This document shows positions 1 through 9,709 of a DNA stretch of 64,000 nt, piece after piece. Positions within the stretch are counted from its first letter, which is position 1. Each line of letters starts with the position of its first letter. Made by a program: the position numbers and the translations under genes. Under the pieces are notes generated by a model, which was not told the origin of the DNA, made no database searches, and saw only the letters and a program-made list of their open reading frames with translations. The stretch is taken from assembly GCA_963713975.1 (NCBI GenBank), contig OY970218.1, positions 3,560,742-3,624,741 on the forward strand. Direction: 5' to 3'. The DNA is from an uncultured Chloroflexia bacterium (GTDB lineage: Bacteria > Chloroflexota > Limnocylindria > Limnocylindrales > CSP1-4).

Positions 1-532
1 CCGCGAAGGCATCGGCGGCTGGTCGCAGCGAGTCGTAGATGGTCTTGTCCCCCATCCGGCACCTGCCTCGTCGCGCCAGTCCCTCCGCGGCGGCATCCAG
101 CGCCCGGGCGGTGTCCTCCGGCGCGAGCGCCCGCAGGCCCGCGACCGCGATGCCGGCCTCGATGAAGGCCGTCCCGTACAGGGAACCCCCCGCCCCGCCG
201 ACACCAGAGACCAGCTGGTGCCCCAGCCGGCGCAGGACGTCCCCCACATCGTCTGAAGTGCCCGCCGGCTCGAGGGCCCGGACCGCGTCGCCAAAACCCG
301 CGGCCATGTTCTCGCCGTGGTCGCCGTCACCGAGCTCTGCGTCCAGGCGGTCGAGGAGGATCCGGTTCCGGGCGAGCAGGCGGAACGCCCGGACGACGAC
401 CGCTGTCAGGTCGGTCCCGTCGAACGACCCCGACGGATGGCCGTCGCTGCGCCCGATGCCGCCACCTGGCCGGCTCCCGGTGTCGCCCGCGGGGTGGAGC
501 GTGGAGGGCTCATCGCCGCTGCGGGTGCTCAT
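1..532 (-). CDS. dhaL: DAK2-domain dihydroxyacetone kinase subunit L paralog; runs off the window edge, absent from the ORF track
   Basis: Manual translation: MSTRSGD...LDAELGDGDHG...VSGVGGAGGSLYGT...GRCRMGDKTIYDSL; ATG at 532 preceded by GGAG. Confidence 0.85.
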   Translation of the reverse strand, partial: MSTRSGDEPSTLHPAGDTGSRPGGGIGRSDGHPSGSFDGTDLTAVVVRAFRLLARNRILLDRLDAELGDGDHGENMAAGFGDAVRALEPAGTSDDVGDVLRRLGHQLVSGVGGAGGSLYGTAFIEAGIAVAGLRALAPEDTARALDAAAEGLARRGRCRMGDKTIYDSLRPAADAFA

Positions 533-610
533 GCTCCAGCGTAGTGTATGGCCCAGCGCCGGTCCCGCGGACGGCTCGCCGCGATCGCCTGGGCGAGATG
601 CGGCGGCTCG

Positions 611-1051
611 ATGCGCAACGGCGCCGAACGGAGGATCGTCGGCTTGGTCGGTCTGGTGCTGGTGGCGCACAGCCAGGACGTGGTGCGTGGCCTGATGGCC
701 ATGGTGGCCCAGGCCGCCCCGGCCGTGCCCGTCGCCGGGGCCGGCGGCCTGGGTGGGGACCGGCTGGGTACAAATGGCCTCGAGGTCGCCGATGCGCTCC
801 GCGATGCCCTCGCGCGGACGGCGGACGACGGTGTGCTGGTGCTGCTGGACCTGGGCAGCGCCTCGCTCGCCCTGGACGTGGCGCTCGACGAGCTCGACCC
901 AGGGGTGCGAGGCCTCGTCCGCGTCACGGAGGCGCCCTTCGTCGAGGGCGCGGTGATGGCCGCGGTGGCGGCTGCGGGCGGCGCCAACCTGGACGCCGTG
1001 GCCATGGCCGCCGATGGCGCGTGCTCATTACCCAAGCGGCCCCGCGACTGA
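611..1051 (+). CDS. dhaM: DhaM-type PTS EIIA(Man) phosphotransferase subunit
   Basis: GLVLVAHS with phospho-His, AGG..LGT, LLDLGSA, APFVEGA; start uncertain (548 or 611). Confidence 0.85.
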   Translation: MRNGAERRIVGLVGLVLVAHSQDVVRGLMAMVAQAAPAVPVAGAGGLGGDRLGTNGLEVADALRDALARTADDGVLVLLDLGSASLALDVALDELDPGVRGLVRVTEAPFVEGAVMAAVAAAGGANLDAVAMAADGACSLPKRPRD

Positions 1052-1052
1052 G

Positions 1053-1784
1053 GTGGCAGCCACGTCCGCGGCGCCCGACCCGTTCCGGGGCCAAGTGGGC
1101 GTCATCGAGGCGTGGCTGCGCTGCGCCGCCGAACGCGTCCACGAGCACCGGATCTGGCTGACCGACCTCGACGCGGCGATCGGTGACGGCGACCACGGCA
1201 TCAACATGGATCGGGGCTTCACCGCCCTGGTGGCCGACCTGGACGCAGGGGCCCTCCCGACCGACGGCATCGGCCGCCTCCTGGCCGCGGCCGGCCGGCG
1301 CCTGCTGGGCAACGTGGGTGGCGCCAGCGGCGCGTTGTACGGCCGAGGCCTCATGGCAGCCGGCGACCGCATCGGAGGGGGGTCGATCGACGCCGATGCC
1401 GGCGGTCGGACCCTCCTGGAGCTCGCCCTCGCGGCGGCCGTCGACGGCGTTGCAGCGCTGGGGCGATCGGGCCCGGGGGACAAGACGATGCTCGATGCCC
1501 TCGTCCCGGCGCTGGCTGCGATCCGAGCGACCGCCCCGGCCATGCCGGTCGCGCAGGTGGTGGCCCTGGCCGCAGGGGCCGCCGAGGCGGGTGCCGCGGG
1601 CACGATCCCGATGGTCGCGCGGAGAGGGCGGGCCAGCTACCTGGGAGAGCGGGCCGCCGGGCACCTCGATCCCGGGGCGGCATCGAGCGCCATCCTGGTG
1701 CGCGCCCTCGCGGACGTCCTCGCCGCAGTCGAGTCCGGGGCCGAGCATGAGCCACGCCGCAGAGAAGGTCCCACGCGACCCTGA
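1053..1784 (+). CDS. dhaL: Dihydroxyacetone kinase subunit L paralog
   Basis: [53 protein letters not shown]; GTG right after upstream stop. Confidence 0.9.
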   Translation: MAATSAAPDPFRGQVGVIEAWLRCAAERVHEHRIWLTDLDAAIGDGDHGINMDRGFTALVADLDAGALPTDGIGRLLAAAGRRLLGNVGGASGALYGRGLMAAGDRIGGGSIDADAGGRTLLELALAAAVDGVAALGRSGPGDKTMLDALVPALAAIRATAPAMPVAQVVALAAGAAEAGAAGTIPMVARRGRASYLGERAAGHLDPGAASSAILVRALADVLAAVESGAEHEPRRREGPTRP

Positions 1785-2095
1785 AACGCCGGTCGGACCG
1801 GGATGCGACCGGGTGGCGGCAAGGATGCAGAACGGATTCACGTTGTCTTGAGATTCCGCGACCCGGCACGCCCCTAGAGTCCACTTAACCGCGCTTGCAG
1901 CGGCGGGTCTTGGCACGACCGGGTCGCCCGGCCCGCCCGTCGATGGTTGCGAAAGGAGGAGCCACCGGAGGAGGGATAGCCCGACACGGCCCACCTGCCC
2001 GCGCCGCGCCAACAGTTCGCCGCAGGGCCGCAGACCGGGCCACCGTCGATCGAGCCCCGGGGACCGGGGCCAATCCACTAGAGGGAGTTCGAGGC

Positions 2096-2839
2096 ATGGT
2101 TTGGGATACCAACATTTTCCTCGCCGAAGTGTTCGGGACGGGACTCCTCGTCCTGCTCGGTGACGGCGTGGTCGCAGGCGTCCTGCTCGCGAAGTCCAAG
2201 TCCAACAACGCTGGCTGGATCGTCATCACAGCGGCATGGGCGTTCGCCGTGTTCGTCGGCGTCGTCGTCGCCGGCCCGATCAGCGGCGCGCACCTGAACC
2301 CGGCGGTCACGATCGGCCTCGCCGTCCAGGGCGCCACCCCGTGGGACCAGGTCCCCGTGTACCTGCTGGGCGAGTTCGTCGGGGCCTTCATCGGCGCGAC
2401 GCTCGTCACGATCCACTATTGGGATCACTACAAGCAGACCGAGGACCAGGGCCTCAAGCTCGCCACGTACTGCACCGCTCCGAACATCCGCAACTACCCG
2501 CTCAACTTCGTCTCAGAGGTCATCGGCACCTTCGTGCTGGTGTTCGTGATCTTCACGTTCGGCACCAACGGCAGCTCGGCCGGCCTCGCATCGCTGGGGG
2601 CCCTGCCCGTCGCGATCCTCGTGTTCTCGATCGGCATGTCGCTCGGCGGCACGACCGGGTACGCGATCAACCCGGCCCGTGACCTCGGGCCCCGCATCAT
2701 CCACGCGATCCTGCCGGTCCCGGGCAAGGGTGGCTCGGACTGGGAGTACTCCTGGGTTCCGGTCGTCGGCCCGGTTGTCGGTGGAATCCTGGCGGCGTTG
2801 GTCTACAACGGCGTCTGGGTCAACGTGATGGGGATGTAG
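2096..2839 (+). CDS. glpF: Glycerol uptake facilitator (MIP/aquaglyceroporin)
   Basis: SGAHLNPAVT and GYAINPARDLGPR NPA motifs; hydrophobic; RBS-like GAGG upstream. Confidence 0.95.
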   Translation: MVWDTNIFLAEVFGTGLLVLLGDGVVAGVLLAKSKSNNAGWIVITAAWAFAVFVGVVVAGPISGAHLNPAVTIGLAVQGATPWDQVPVYLLGEFVGAFIGATLVTIHYWDHYKQTEDQGLKLATYCTAPNIRNYPLNFVSEVIGTFVLVFVIFTFGTNGSSAGLASLGALPVAILVFSIGMSLGGTTGYAINPARDLGPRIIHAILPVPGKGGSDWEYSWVPVVGPVVGGILAALVYNGVWVNVMGM

Positions 2840-2865
2840 CGACACCATCCTGACGAACGGCGCGC

Positions 2866-2900
2866 TCGTCGCCGGGGCGCCCTCCGGTCCCCGGCGGCGA
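2866..2900 (+). other. Intercistronic stem-loop between glpF and dhaK
   Basis: TCGTCGCCGGGG ... CCCCGGCGGCGA, 12-bp stem with one G-U pair, no U tract. Confidence 0.45.
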
Positions 2901-2926
2901 TCCCTCCACCAGTACGGGGAGAGCTC

Positions 2927-3925
2927 ATGAAGAAGCTCATCAACGCACCCGAGAACGTCGTCGACGAGGCCCTCGCGGGGATGCTCGCCGCCCACCCGGG
3001 CTACATCCGGGTCGAGGAGCCGAACATCGTCGTCCGCAAGGACGCCCCGCGCGCCGGCAAGGTCGGCGTGATCTCGGGTGGTGGCTCGGGCCACGAGCCG
3101 ATGCACGGCGGCTTCGTCGGCATGGGCATGCTCGACGCGGCCTGCCCGGGTGCCGTGTTCACGTCGCCCGTCCCGGACCAGATGCTCGCGGCCACCAAGG
3201 CCGTGGACGGTGGCGCGGGCGTGCTCCACATCGTCAAGAACTACACCGGCGACATCATGAACTTCGAGATGGCGGCCGAGATGGCACGCGCCGAAGGGCT
3301 CGAGGTCACGGCGGTCGTCATCGCGGACGACGTCGCGGTCAAGGATTCGCTGTACACGGCCGGCCGGCGCGGCGTCGGCGGCACGGTGCTCGCGGAGAAG
3401 ATCGTCGGCGCGGCCGCCGAGGCGGGTGCCGACCTGGCCACCGTCACGGCGCTCTGCCAGAAGGTCCAGGACAACGTCCGCTCCATGGGCATGGCCCTCA
3501 CGAGCTGCACGGTGCCCATGGCCGGCAAGCCGACATTCGAGATCGCGGACGACGAGATGGAGATCGGCGTCGGCATCCATGGTGAGCCGGGCCGGTCCCG
3601 CGAGAAGCTCGCCACGGCCGACGAGATCACCGAGATGCTCGCCACGCCGATCCTCGACGACCTGCCCTTCGAGAGCGGGGACAACGTCCTCGCGTTCGTG
3701 AACGGCCTCGGCGGCACCCCGCTCGTCGAGCTCTATGTCGTCTACAACAAGCTTGCCCAGATGTGCGCCGCACGAGGCGTGACGATCACCCGCAACCTCA
3801 TCGGCAGCTACATCACGTCGCTCGACATGGCCGGCTGCTCCATCACCCTGCTCAAGCTCGACGACGAGCTGACGAAGTACTGGGACGCCCCGGTCAACAC
3901 GCCTGCGCTCCGGTGGGGCGTCTGA
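2927..3925 (+). CDS. dhaK: Dihydroxyacetone kinase subunit K
   Basis: [43 protein letters not shown]. Confidence 0.97.
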   Translation: MKKLINAPENVVDEALAGMLAAHPGYIRVEEPNIVVRKDAPRAGKVGVISGGGSGHEPMHGGFVGMGMLDAACPGAVFTSPVPDQMLAATKAVDGGAGVLHIVKNYTGDIMNFEMAAEMARAEGLEVTAVVIADDVAVKDSLYTAGRRGVGGTVLAEKIVGAAAEAGADLATVTALCQKVQDNVRSMGMALTSCTVPMAGKPTFEIADDEMEIGVGIHGEPGRSREKLATADEITEMLATPILDDLPFESGDNVLAFVNGLGGTPLVELYVVYNKLAQMCAARGVTITRNLIGSYITSLDMAGCSITLLKLDDELTKYWDAPVNTPALRWGV

Positions 3926-3959
3926 CCCGGCGACCCGATCTGCGAGCGGGAGAACCACG

Positions 3960-4607
3960 ATGAGCACCGCGCCACACATCAGCTACGACGACGTCGTGGC
4001 ATGGGTCAGTCTGCTGGCCGAGCGGTTCCACGCCGAGAAGGAGTACCTCACGGCGCTGGACTCCGCGATCGGGGATGCCGACCACGGCATCAACATGGAT
4101 CGCGGCCTCGGGGCCGTGATGGTCAAGCTGCCGGCGCTGCCAACCGGCGATGTCGGCGCCTTCCTCAAGGGCGTGGGGATGACGCTCGTCTCCACCGTCG
4201 GCGGCGCGAGCGGTCCGCTCTACGGCACCTTCTTCCTCCAGCTCGGTGGCGCGACCGCCGGCAGGACGGAGATCGAGCTCGGTGACTTCGCCACGGGGCT
4301 GGAGGCCGGCGTCGCCGGGATCCAGCGCCTGGGCAAGGCCGAGCCGGGCGACAAGACCATGCTCGACGCACTCCTGCCGGCACGCGACGCGCTGCGCGCG
4401 GGCGTTGACCGGGGCGACAGCCCGGCCGACGCTCTTGGCGCGGCCGTCGCGGCGGCCGAGCAGGGCATGGTCGCCACCATCCCGCTCGTCGCCCGCAAGG
4501 GTCGGGCGAGCTACCTCGGGGAGCGCAGCGCGGGTCACCAGGACCCGGGTGCGACGTCCTCCCATCTCCTCCTCAAGGCTGCCGCCGATTCCTGGTTCCA
4601 AGCCTAG
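3960..4607 (+). CDS. dhaL: Dihydroxyacetone kinase subunit L
   Basis: [49 protein letters not shown]; adjacent to dhaK. Confidence 0.96.
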   Translation: MSTAPHISYDDVVAWVSLLAERFHAEKEYLTALDSAIGDADHGINMDRGLGAVMVKLPALPTGDVGAFLKGVGMTLVSTVGGASGPLYGTFFLQLGGATAGRTEIELGDFATGLEAGVAGIQRLGKAEPGDKTMLDALLPARDALRAGVDRGDSPADALGAAVAAAEQGMVATIPLVARKGRASYLGERSAGHQDPGATSSHLLLKAAADSWFQA

Positions 4608-4638
4608 GCATCCTTCACACACAGGAGCTCGCATCTTC

Positions 4639-6135
4639 ATGACCAAGTATGTCGGGGCCCTCGACCAGGGCACCACGAGCACCCGCTTCATGATCTTCGA
4701 CCACGCGGGCGGCGTGGTCGCCATCGACCAGAAGGAGCACGAGCAGATCTTCCCCAAGCCCGGCTGGGTAGAGCACGACGCGATCGAGATCTGGACCCGC
4801 TGCCGGGAAGTCATCAAGGGCGCCATGGCCAAGGCCGGCATCACCGCCGCCGACCTCGCCGCCGTGGGCATCACCAACCAGCGCGAGACCGCGCTGGTCT
4901 GGGACAGGAAGACCGGCATGCCGGTCTTCAACGCGATCGTCTGGCAGGACACTCGAACCGACGTCCTCGTGAACGAGTTCGCCAAGGAGGGCGGGCAGGA
5001 CCGCTTCCGCGCGAAGGTCGGCCTGCCGCTGGCCACGTACTTCTCGGGGCCCAAGGTCCGCTGGATCCTGGACAACGTCCCCGGCGCGCGCGCAAAGGCG
5101 GAGGCCGGCGACCTGGTGTTCGGCAACATGGACACCTGGTGCATCTGGAACCTCACGGGCGGCGTCAACGGCGGCGTCCATGTGACGGACGTCACCAACG
5201 CCAGCCGCACCATGCTCATGGACCTCGAGACCCTGTCCTGGGACGATGAGATCCTCGGCATCATGGGCATCCCGAAGTCCATGCTCCCGGAGATCAAGGC
5301 ATCGTCCGAGGTCTACGGCACCTGTGTCGGCGACCTCGCCGGCGTGCCGGTTGCGGGCGACCTCGGCGACCAGCAGGCGGCCCTGTTCGGCCAGACGTGC
5401 TTCTCGCCCGGCGAGGCGAAGAACACCTACGGCACCGGCTGCTTCATGCTCATGAACACGGGCGAGAAGGCTGTCCCGTCCAAGAGCGGCCTGCTCACCA
5501 CGATGAGCTACAAGATCGGCGACCAGCCGGCGGTGTACGCCCTCGAGGGGTCCATCGCGATCACCGGCGCGCTCGTGCAGTGGCTGCGCGACAACCTCGG
5601 CATGATCGCCAAGTCCGAGGACGTGGAGGCGCTCGCGGCCACGGTCGATGACAACGGCGGCGTCTACTTCGTCCCCGCGTTCTCCGGCCTGTTCGCCCCG
5701 TACTGGAAGAGCGACGCTCGCGGTGTCATCGCGGGCCTCACCCGTTACGTGAACAAGGGTCACATCGCGCGTGCCGTCCTCGAGGCGACGGCGTGGCAGA
5801 CCCGCGAAGTGCTCGACGCCATGAACACCGACTCCGGTGTTCCGCTGACGGCCCTCAAGGTCGACGGTGGCATGGTGTTCAACAACATGCTCATGCAGTT
5901 CCAGGCCGATGTCCTGGGCGTCCCGGTCATCCGGCCGGTCGTCGCCGAGACCACGGCCCTGGGCGCGGCCTATGCCGCCGGCCTCGCGGTCGGCTACTGG
6001 GCCGAGATCGAGGACCTGCGCGAGAACTGGGCGCGTGACGCCGAGTGGACCCCGGAGATGGCTGCCGAGATCCGCGAGAAGGACTACGCCCAGTGGAAGA
6101 AGGCCGTCACGCGGACCTTCAACTGGGTCGACTAG
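4639..6135 (+). CDS. glpK: Glycerol kinase
   Basis: [48 protein letters not shown]; AGGAG RBS. Confidence 0.98.
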   Translation: MTKYVGALDQGTTSTRFMIFDHAGGVVAIDQKEHEQIFPKPGWVEHDAIEIWTRCREVIKGAMAKAGITAADLAAVGITNQRETALVWDRKTGMPVFNAIVWQDTRTDVLVNEFAKEGGQDRFRAKVGLPLATYFSGPKVRWILDNVPGARAKAEAGDLVFGNMDTWCIWNLTGGVNGGVHVTDVTNASRTMLMDLETLSWDDEILGIMGIPKSMLPEIKASSEVYGTCVGDLAGVPVAGDLGDQQAALFGQTCFSPGEAKNTYGTGCFMLMNTGEKAVPSKSGLLTTMSYKIGDQPAVYALEGSIAITGALVQWLRDNLGMIAKSEDVEALAATVDDNGGVYFVPAFSGLFAPYWKSDARGVIAGLTRYVNKGHIARAVLEATAWQTREVLDAMNTDSGVPLTALKVDGGMVFNNMLMQFQADVLGVPVIRPVVAETTALGAAYAAGLAVGYWAEIEDLRENWARDAEWTPEMAAEIREKDYAQWKKAVTRTFNWVD

Positions 6136-6159
6136 CCTCCGTTCGCGTCTGAACGGACC

Positions 6160-6192
6160 CGGCCCCGACGCCCATCACGGGCGTCGGGGCCG
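6160..6192 (+). terminator. GC-rich hairpin after glpK (terminator or mRNA-stabilising stem)
   Basis: CGGCCCCGACGCCC-ATCAC-GGGCGTCGGGGCCG perfect 14-bp stem; no U tract. Confidence 0.55.
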
Positions 6193-6212
6193 TCACCTGA
6201 CAGGGAGGGATC

Positions 6213-6617
6213 ATGCAACCAGGCGTCGCCTGCGTCGGGCTCGTCGTGGTCTCACACTCGAGCCGGATCGCCGAGGGAACGGCCGAGCTGGCCGGACAGA
6301 TGGCCGGACCCGACGTCCGCATCCGGCCGGCCGGAGGGATGGAGGACGGCTCCATCGGCACGGATGCCGCCCGCATCGCCATGGCCATCGGCGAGGCCGA
6401 TGCCGGCGCGGGGGTCGTGGTCGTGGCGGACCTCGGCAGCGCCGTGCTCGCCACCCGCACGGCACTGGAGCTGCTGGGTGACCCGGGGAACGTGCGCCTC
6501 AGCCGCGGCCCGATCGTCGAGGGCGCGGTCATGGCCGCCGTCCAGTCGAGCACGGGTTCTGACCTGGAGCAGGTCCTCGAGGCGGCCGAGGGTGCCGCGT
6601 CCCTGCCCAAGGGTTAG
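6213..6617 (+). CDS. dhaM: DhaM-type PTS EIIA(Man) phosphotransferase subunit (second copy)
   Basis: GLVVVSHS, AGGMEDGSIGT, ADLGSAVL, PIVEGA; GGGAGG RBS. Confidence 0.9.
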   Translation: MQPGVACVGLVVVSHSSRIAEGTAELAGQMAGPDVRIRPAGGMEDGSIGTDAARIAMAIGEADAGAGVVVVADLGSAVLATRTALELLGDPGNVRLSRGPIVEGAVMAAVQSSTGSDLEQVLEAAEGAASLPKG

Positions 6618-6705
6618 AGTGGGGGCCGGGCGTCCGCCCGTGGCGGGCCCGCGAACGAGTCAGCTTGGGCGCGTCGGCCTGCGCCCACACAGCGAGGTGA
6701 ACCAC

Positions 6706-8388
6706 ATGACGGTGCCGCACGCCGTCGACGTCCTCGTCATCGGAGGAGGCGCGACGGGTGCCGGGGTCCTCCGCGACCTGGCGCGGAGGGGCCTGCGGGC
6801 CCTGCTCGTGGAGCGCAGCGACTTCGGGACCGGGACGACGGGCCGCTACCACGGCCTGCTGCACTCCGGCGGCCGTTACGTGGGCAAGGACAAGGTCGCC
6901 GCCCGTGAGTGCATCGTCGAGAACCGCGTTCTGCGCCGGATCGCCCCCGCGAGCATCGAGGATACGGGCGGCTACTTCGTGGCCACGCCCGACGATCCCG
7001 ACGACTACGTGGAGGCATTCGCGGAGAACTGCCGCCTCTCCGGTGTCGACTGCGAGGAGGTCAAGGTCGCGGACCTGCTTGCCCGCGAGCCGGCGCTCAA
7101 CCCGAGGATCCGGCGGGCATTCCGCGTGCCGGACGGCTCCGTGGAACCGTGGCAGCTGATCGAGGCGACCGTCACCGACGCCCGCCGCCACGGCAGCGAG
7201 GCCCTCGCCTACCAGCGCGTGATCGGGATGGATCTCAGCGGCGGCCGGATCGCGGCCGTGACCTTGCGCGACGAGCGGACGGGCACTGTGTCGCAGGTCT
7301 GGACCCACTTCGTGATCTCGGCGGCCGGCGCCTGGGCGGGACAGATCGCCGCCCTGGCGAGGGTCAACGTCGAGATGACCCCCGGCAAGGGCACGATGCT
7401 CATCTTCAATCACCGGATGACCGATGCCGTGGTCAATCGCTGCCATCGCTCAGCGGACGGCGACATCATGGTCCCCGTCCACACGGTGGCCATCCTGGGC
7501 ACCACCGACATCAAGGTTCCCGATCCCGACGACTACGAGATCACCCGGGAGGAGGTTCGGCGTCTCGTCGGCGAGGGCTCCAAGATGTTCCCGGATCTCC
7601 CGCGGATGCGCATCCTTCGCGCGTATGCGGGCGTGCGTCCCCTCTACCAACCGCCGGCGGCAACGGTGGCCGAAGCGGGCAATCGGGCGATCACCCGGGC
7701 CCACTCCATCCTCGACCATGCCGACCAGGGCGTGGAGAACTTCGTCTCGATCGTTGGGGGCAAGCTGACCACGCACCGCCTGATGGCCGAGGAGACCGTG
7801 GACGCGGTCGCGGCCAGGATGGGCGTCTCGGCGCCGTGCACGACGGCGGACGAGGTCCTGCCGGACCAGGACGGCGGTCACACCTACTGGCTGGGCCACC
7901 GCCTCGCAGACCACGAGCAGGAGGGCGGCGGTGACGCCAACCTCGTATGCGAGTGCGAGATCGTCACCCGGAAGATGGTAGAAGGCTACCTGGACACGCA
8001 CTGGCCCTGCTCCATCGACGACGTCCGGCGTGGCACCCGCGTCGGCATGGGACCGTGCCAGGGGGCGTTCTGCACCTTCCGGGTCGCGGGCCTCATGGCG
8101 GAGCGACTCGATGCGCACACGGCGGCCACAGGGCAGCCGGCGCCGGGTGCCCACGTCGTCGACGGGCACCACCCTGGGAGCAGCGCGCTGCACGCGGCCA
8201 TCGCGGACCGGGCGCTGACGGCATTCCTCCGGGAACGGTTCAAGGGCACCCGGCCCATCGCCGACGGCCGGCAGCTCCAGGAGCTGATGATGACCAACGG
8301 GATCTATCTCGGCGTCCTGGGCCTGGAATCGATGGTGTCCGCGCCGGTCCCGGCGCTCGACGAGGAGAGCCTCGATGCCGCACGCTGA
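6706..8388 (+). CDS. glpA: Anaerobic glycerol-3-phosphate dehydrogenase subunit A
   Basis: VIGGGATG, GTTGRYHGLLHSGGRY, GGKLTT, C-terminal CECE...GMGPCQGAFC BFD-like [2Fe-2S] domain. Confidence 0.93.
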   Translation: MTVPHAVDVLVIGGGATGAGVLRDLARRGLRALLVERSDFGTGTTGRYHGLLHSGGRYVGKDKVAARECIVENRVLRRIAPASIEDTGGYFVATPDDPDDYVEAFAENCRLSGVDCEEVKVADLLAREPALNPRIRRAFRVPDGSVEPWQLIEATVTDARRHGSEALAYQRVIGMDLSGGRIAAVTLRDERTGTVSQVWTHFVISAAGAWAGQIAALARVNVEMTPGKGTMLIFNHRMTDAVVNRCHRSADGDIMVPVHTVAILGTTDIKVPDPDDYEITREEVRRLVGEGSKMFPDLPRMRILRAYAGVRPLYQPPAATVAEAGNRAITRAHSILDHADQGVENFVSIVGGKLTTHRLMAEETVDAVAARMGVSAPCTTADEVLPDQDGGHTYWLGHRLADHEQEGGGDANLVCECEIVTRKMVEGYLDTHWPCSIDDVRRGTRVGMGPCQGAFCTFRVAGLMAERLDAHTAATGQPAPGAHVVDGHHPGSSALHAAIADRALTAFLRERFKGTRPIADGRQLQELMMTNGIYLGVLGLESMVSAPVPALDEESLDAAR

Positions 8389-9709
8389 CGTCGTCGTCAT
8401 CGGTGCCGGGCTCGCCGGGATGGTCGCCGCGACACGGCTCGCCGAGGCGGGCGCAGTGGTGACGCTGGTCGCCAAGGGCCACGCGAGCACCCACTGGGGC
8501 TCGGGCGGGCTGGACGTCGCGGCGCCGACCGGTGCAGCCACCACGGCCGACGGGGTCGCGCGCCTCGCGAGGCTCGAGCACCCGTACGCGTTCCTGGCTC
8601 CGGACGTCGCGCCGTCCGTCGGCTGGCTCCTCGATCGGCTGGAGGCAGGGGGGCTCCCCTACTCAGGAACGCTCGACACGCCCATCCGGCGCGTGCCCAC
8701 GGCCATCGGCGGCACGCGGCGCGTCGCGATCGTGCCCGAGGCCCAGGCCGCGGCGCAGCGGGCATGGCAGGGGGACGAGGTCCTGGTGGTCGCCGGCCCA
8801 ACCGGGTTCAAGGACTTCTGGCCGGCCGCGATCGCGGGCAGCCTGGGTCGTGAGGCCGTGTGGCACGGCGCGGACCGGCCGGACCGGCTGGTGGGCGTGG
8901 CCGTGGACCTGCCCGGTCTCTCGGAGCGGAACAACCTGAACGCGCTCCTGCTGGCGGGCCGATTCGATGACCCGTCCCGGTGGTCGGACGACATCGGCCG
9001 GATCGCCAAGGCAGTCGAGCGGGCCGCCGGGGGTCGGCCGGGGCGCGTCGCCCTGCCCGCGATCTTCGGCCTGAGCCGGCACACGGAGATCTGGGCCGAG
9101 CTCCGGGCGCGGCTGTCCCTCGAGCCGTTCGAGGTTCCGCTGGTGCCCCCCAGCATCCCGGGCATCCGCCTGTGGCGGCTGCTCCGCGAGCACCTCCGAG
9201 CGGCCGGCGGTCGCATCCAGGTGGGTGAGGCCGTGGCGAGGATCCACGTCGAGGCAGGTCGAGTGACCGCGGTGGAGATGGAGGCCGCCACCCGGACCCA
9301 CCTGATCCGCACCGAGGCCATCGTCCTGGCAACGGGCGGCATCGCCGGGGGCGGGCTCGTTGCCCACGGCGACGGCCGCCTGGCCGAACCCCTGCTCGAC
9401 CTGCGCGTCGACGCCCCCGAGCACGACCTGTGGCTGGTCAAGGACGCCCTGGACCCGGCGGGCCACCCGATCGAGGCGGCGGGCGTGCCGACGGATCCCG
9501 GCCTCCGGCCGCTCGGCCCCGCACACCAGGTCTCGCACGCCAACGTGCTCGTCGCCGGTGCGCTCCTCGCCCGACAGCGCGCCCTGCGGGAGCGCTGCGG
9601 GGACGGCGTGGCCGTCGCATCGGGCTGGCGCGCCGCCAACCAGTTGGCCGCCGGCGCCACCCGCCATCCTGTCGGCCGCGAGCCGGTGACCCCGAGGTTC
9701 GAGCAGTGA
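8375..9709 (+). CDS. glpB: Anaerobic glycerol-3-phosphate dehydrogenase subunit B
   Basis: VIGAGLAG, PPSIPGIRL, VLATGG, CGDGVA; lies between glpA and glpC. Confidence 0.92.
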   Translation: MPHADVVVIGAGLAGMVAATRLAEAGAVVTLVAKGHASTHWGSGGLDVAAPTGAATTADGVARLARLEHPYAFLAPDVAPSVGWLLDRLEAGGLPYSGTLDTPIRRVPTAIGGTRRVAIVPEAQAAAQRAWQGDEVLVVAGPTGFKDFWPAAIAGSLGREAVWHGADRPDRLVGVAVDLPGLSERNNLNALLLAGRFDDPSRWSDDIGRIAKAVERAAGGRPGRVALPAIFGLSRHTEIWAELRARLSLEPFEVPLVPPSIPGIRLWRLLREHLRAAGGRIQVGEAVARIHVEAGRVTAVEMEAATRTHLIRTEAIVLATGGIAGGGLVAHGDGRLAEPLLDLRVDAPEHDLWLVKDALDPAGHPIEAAGVPTDPGLRPLGPAHQVSHANVLVAGALLARQRALRERCGDGVAVASGWRAANQLAAGATRHPVGREPVTPRFEQ

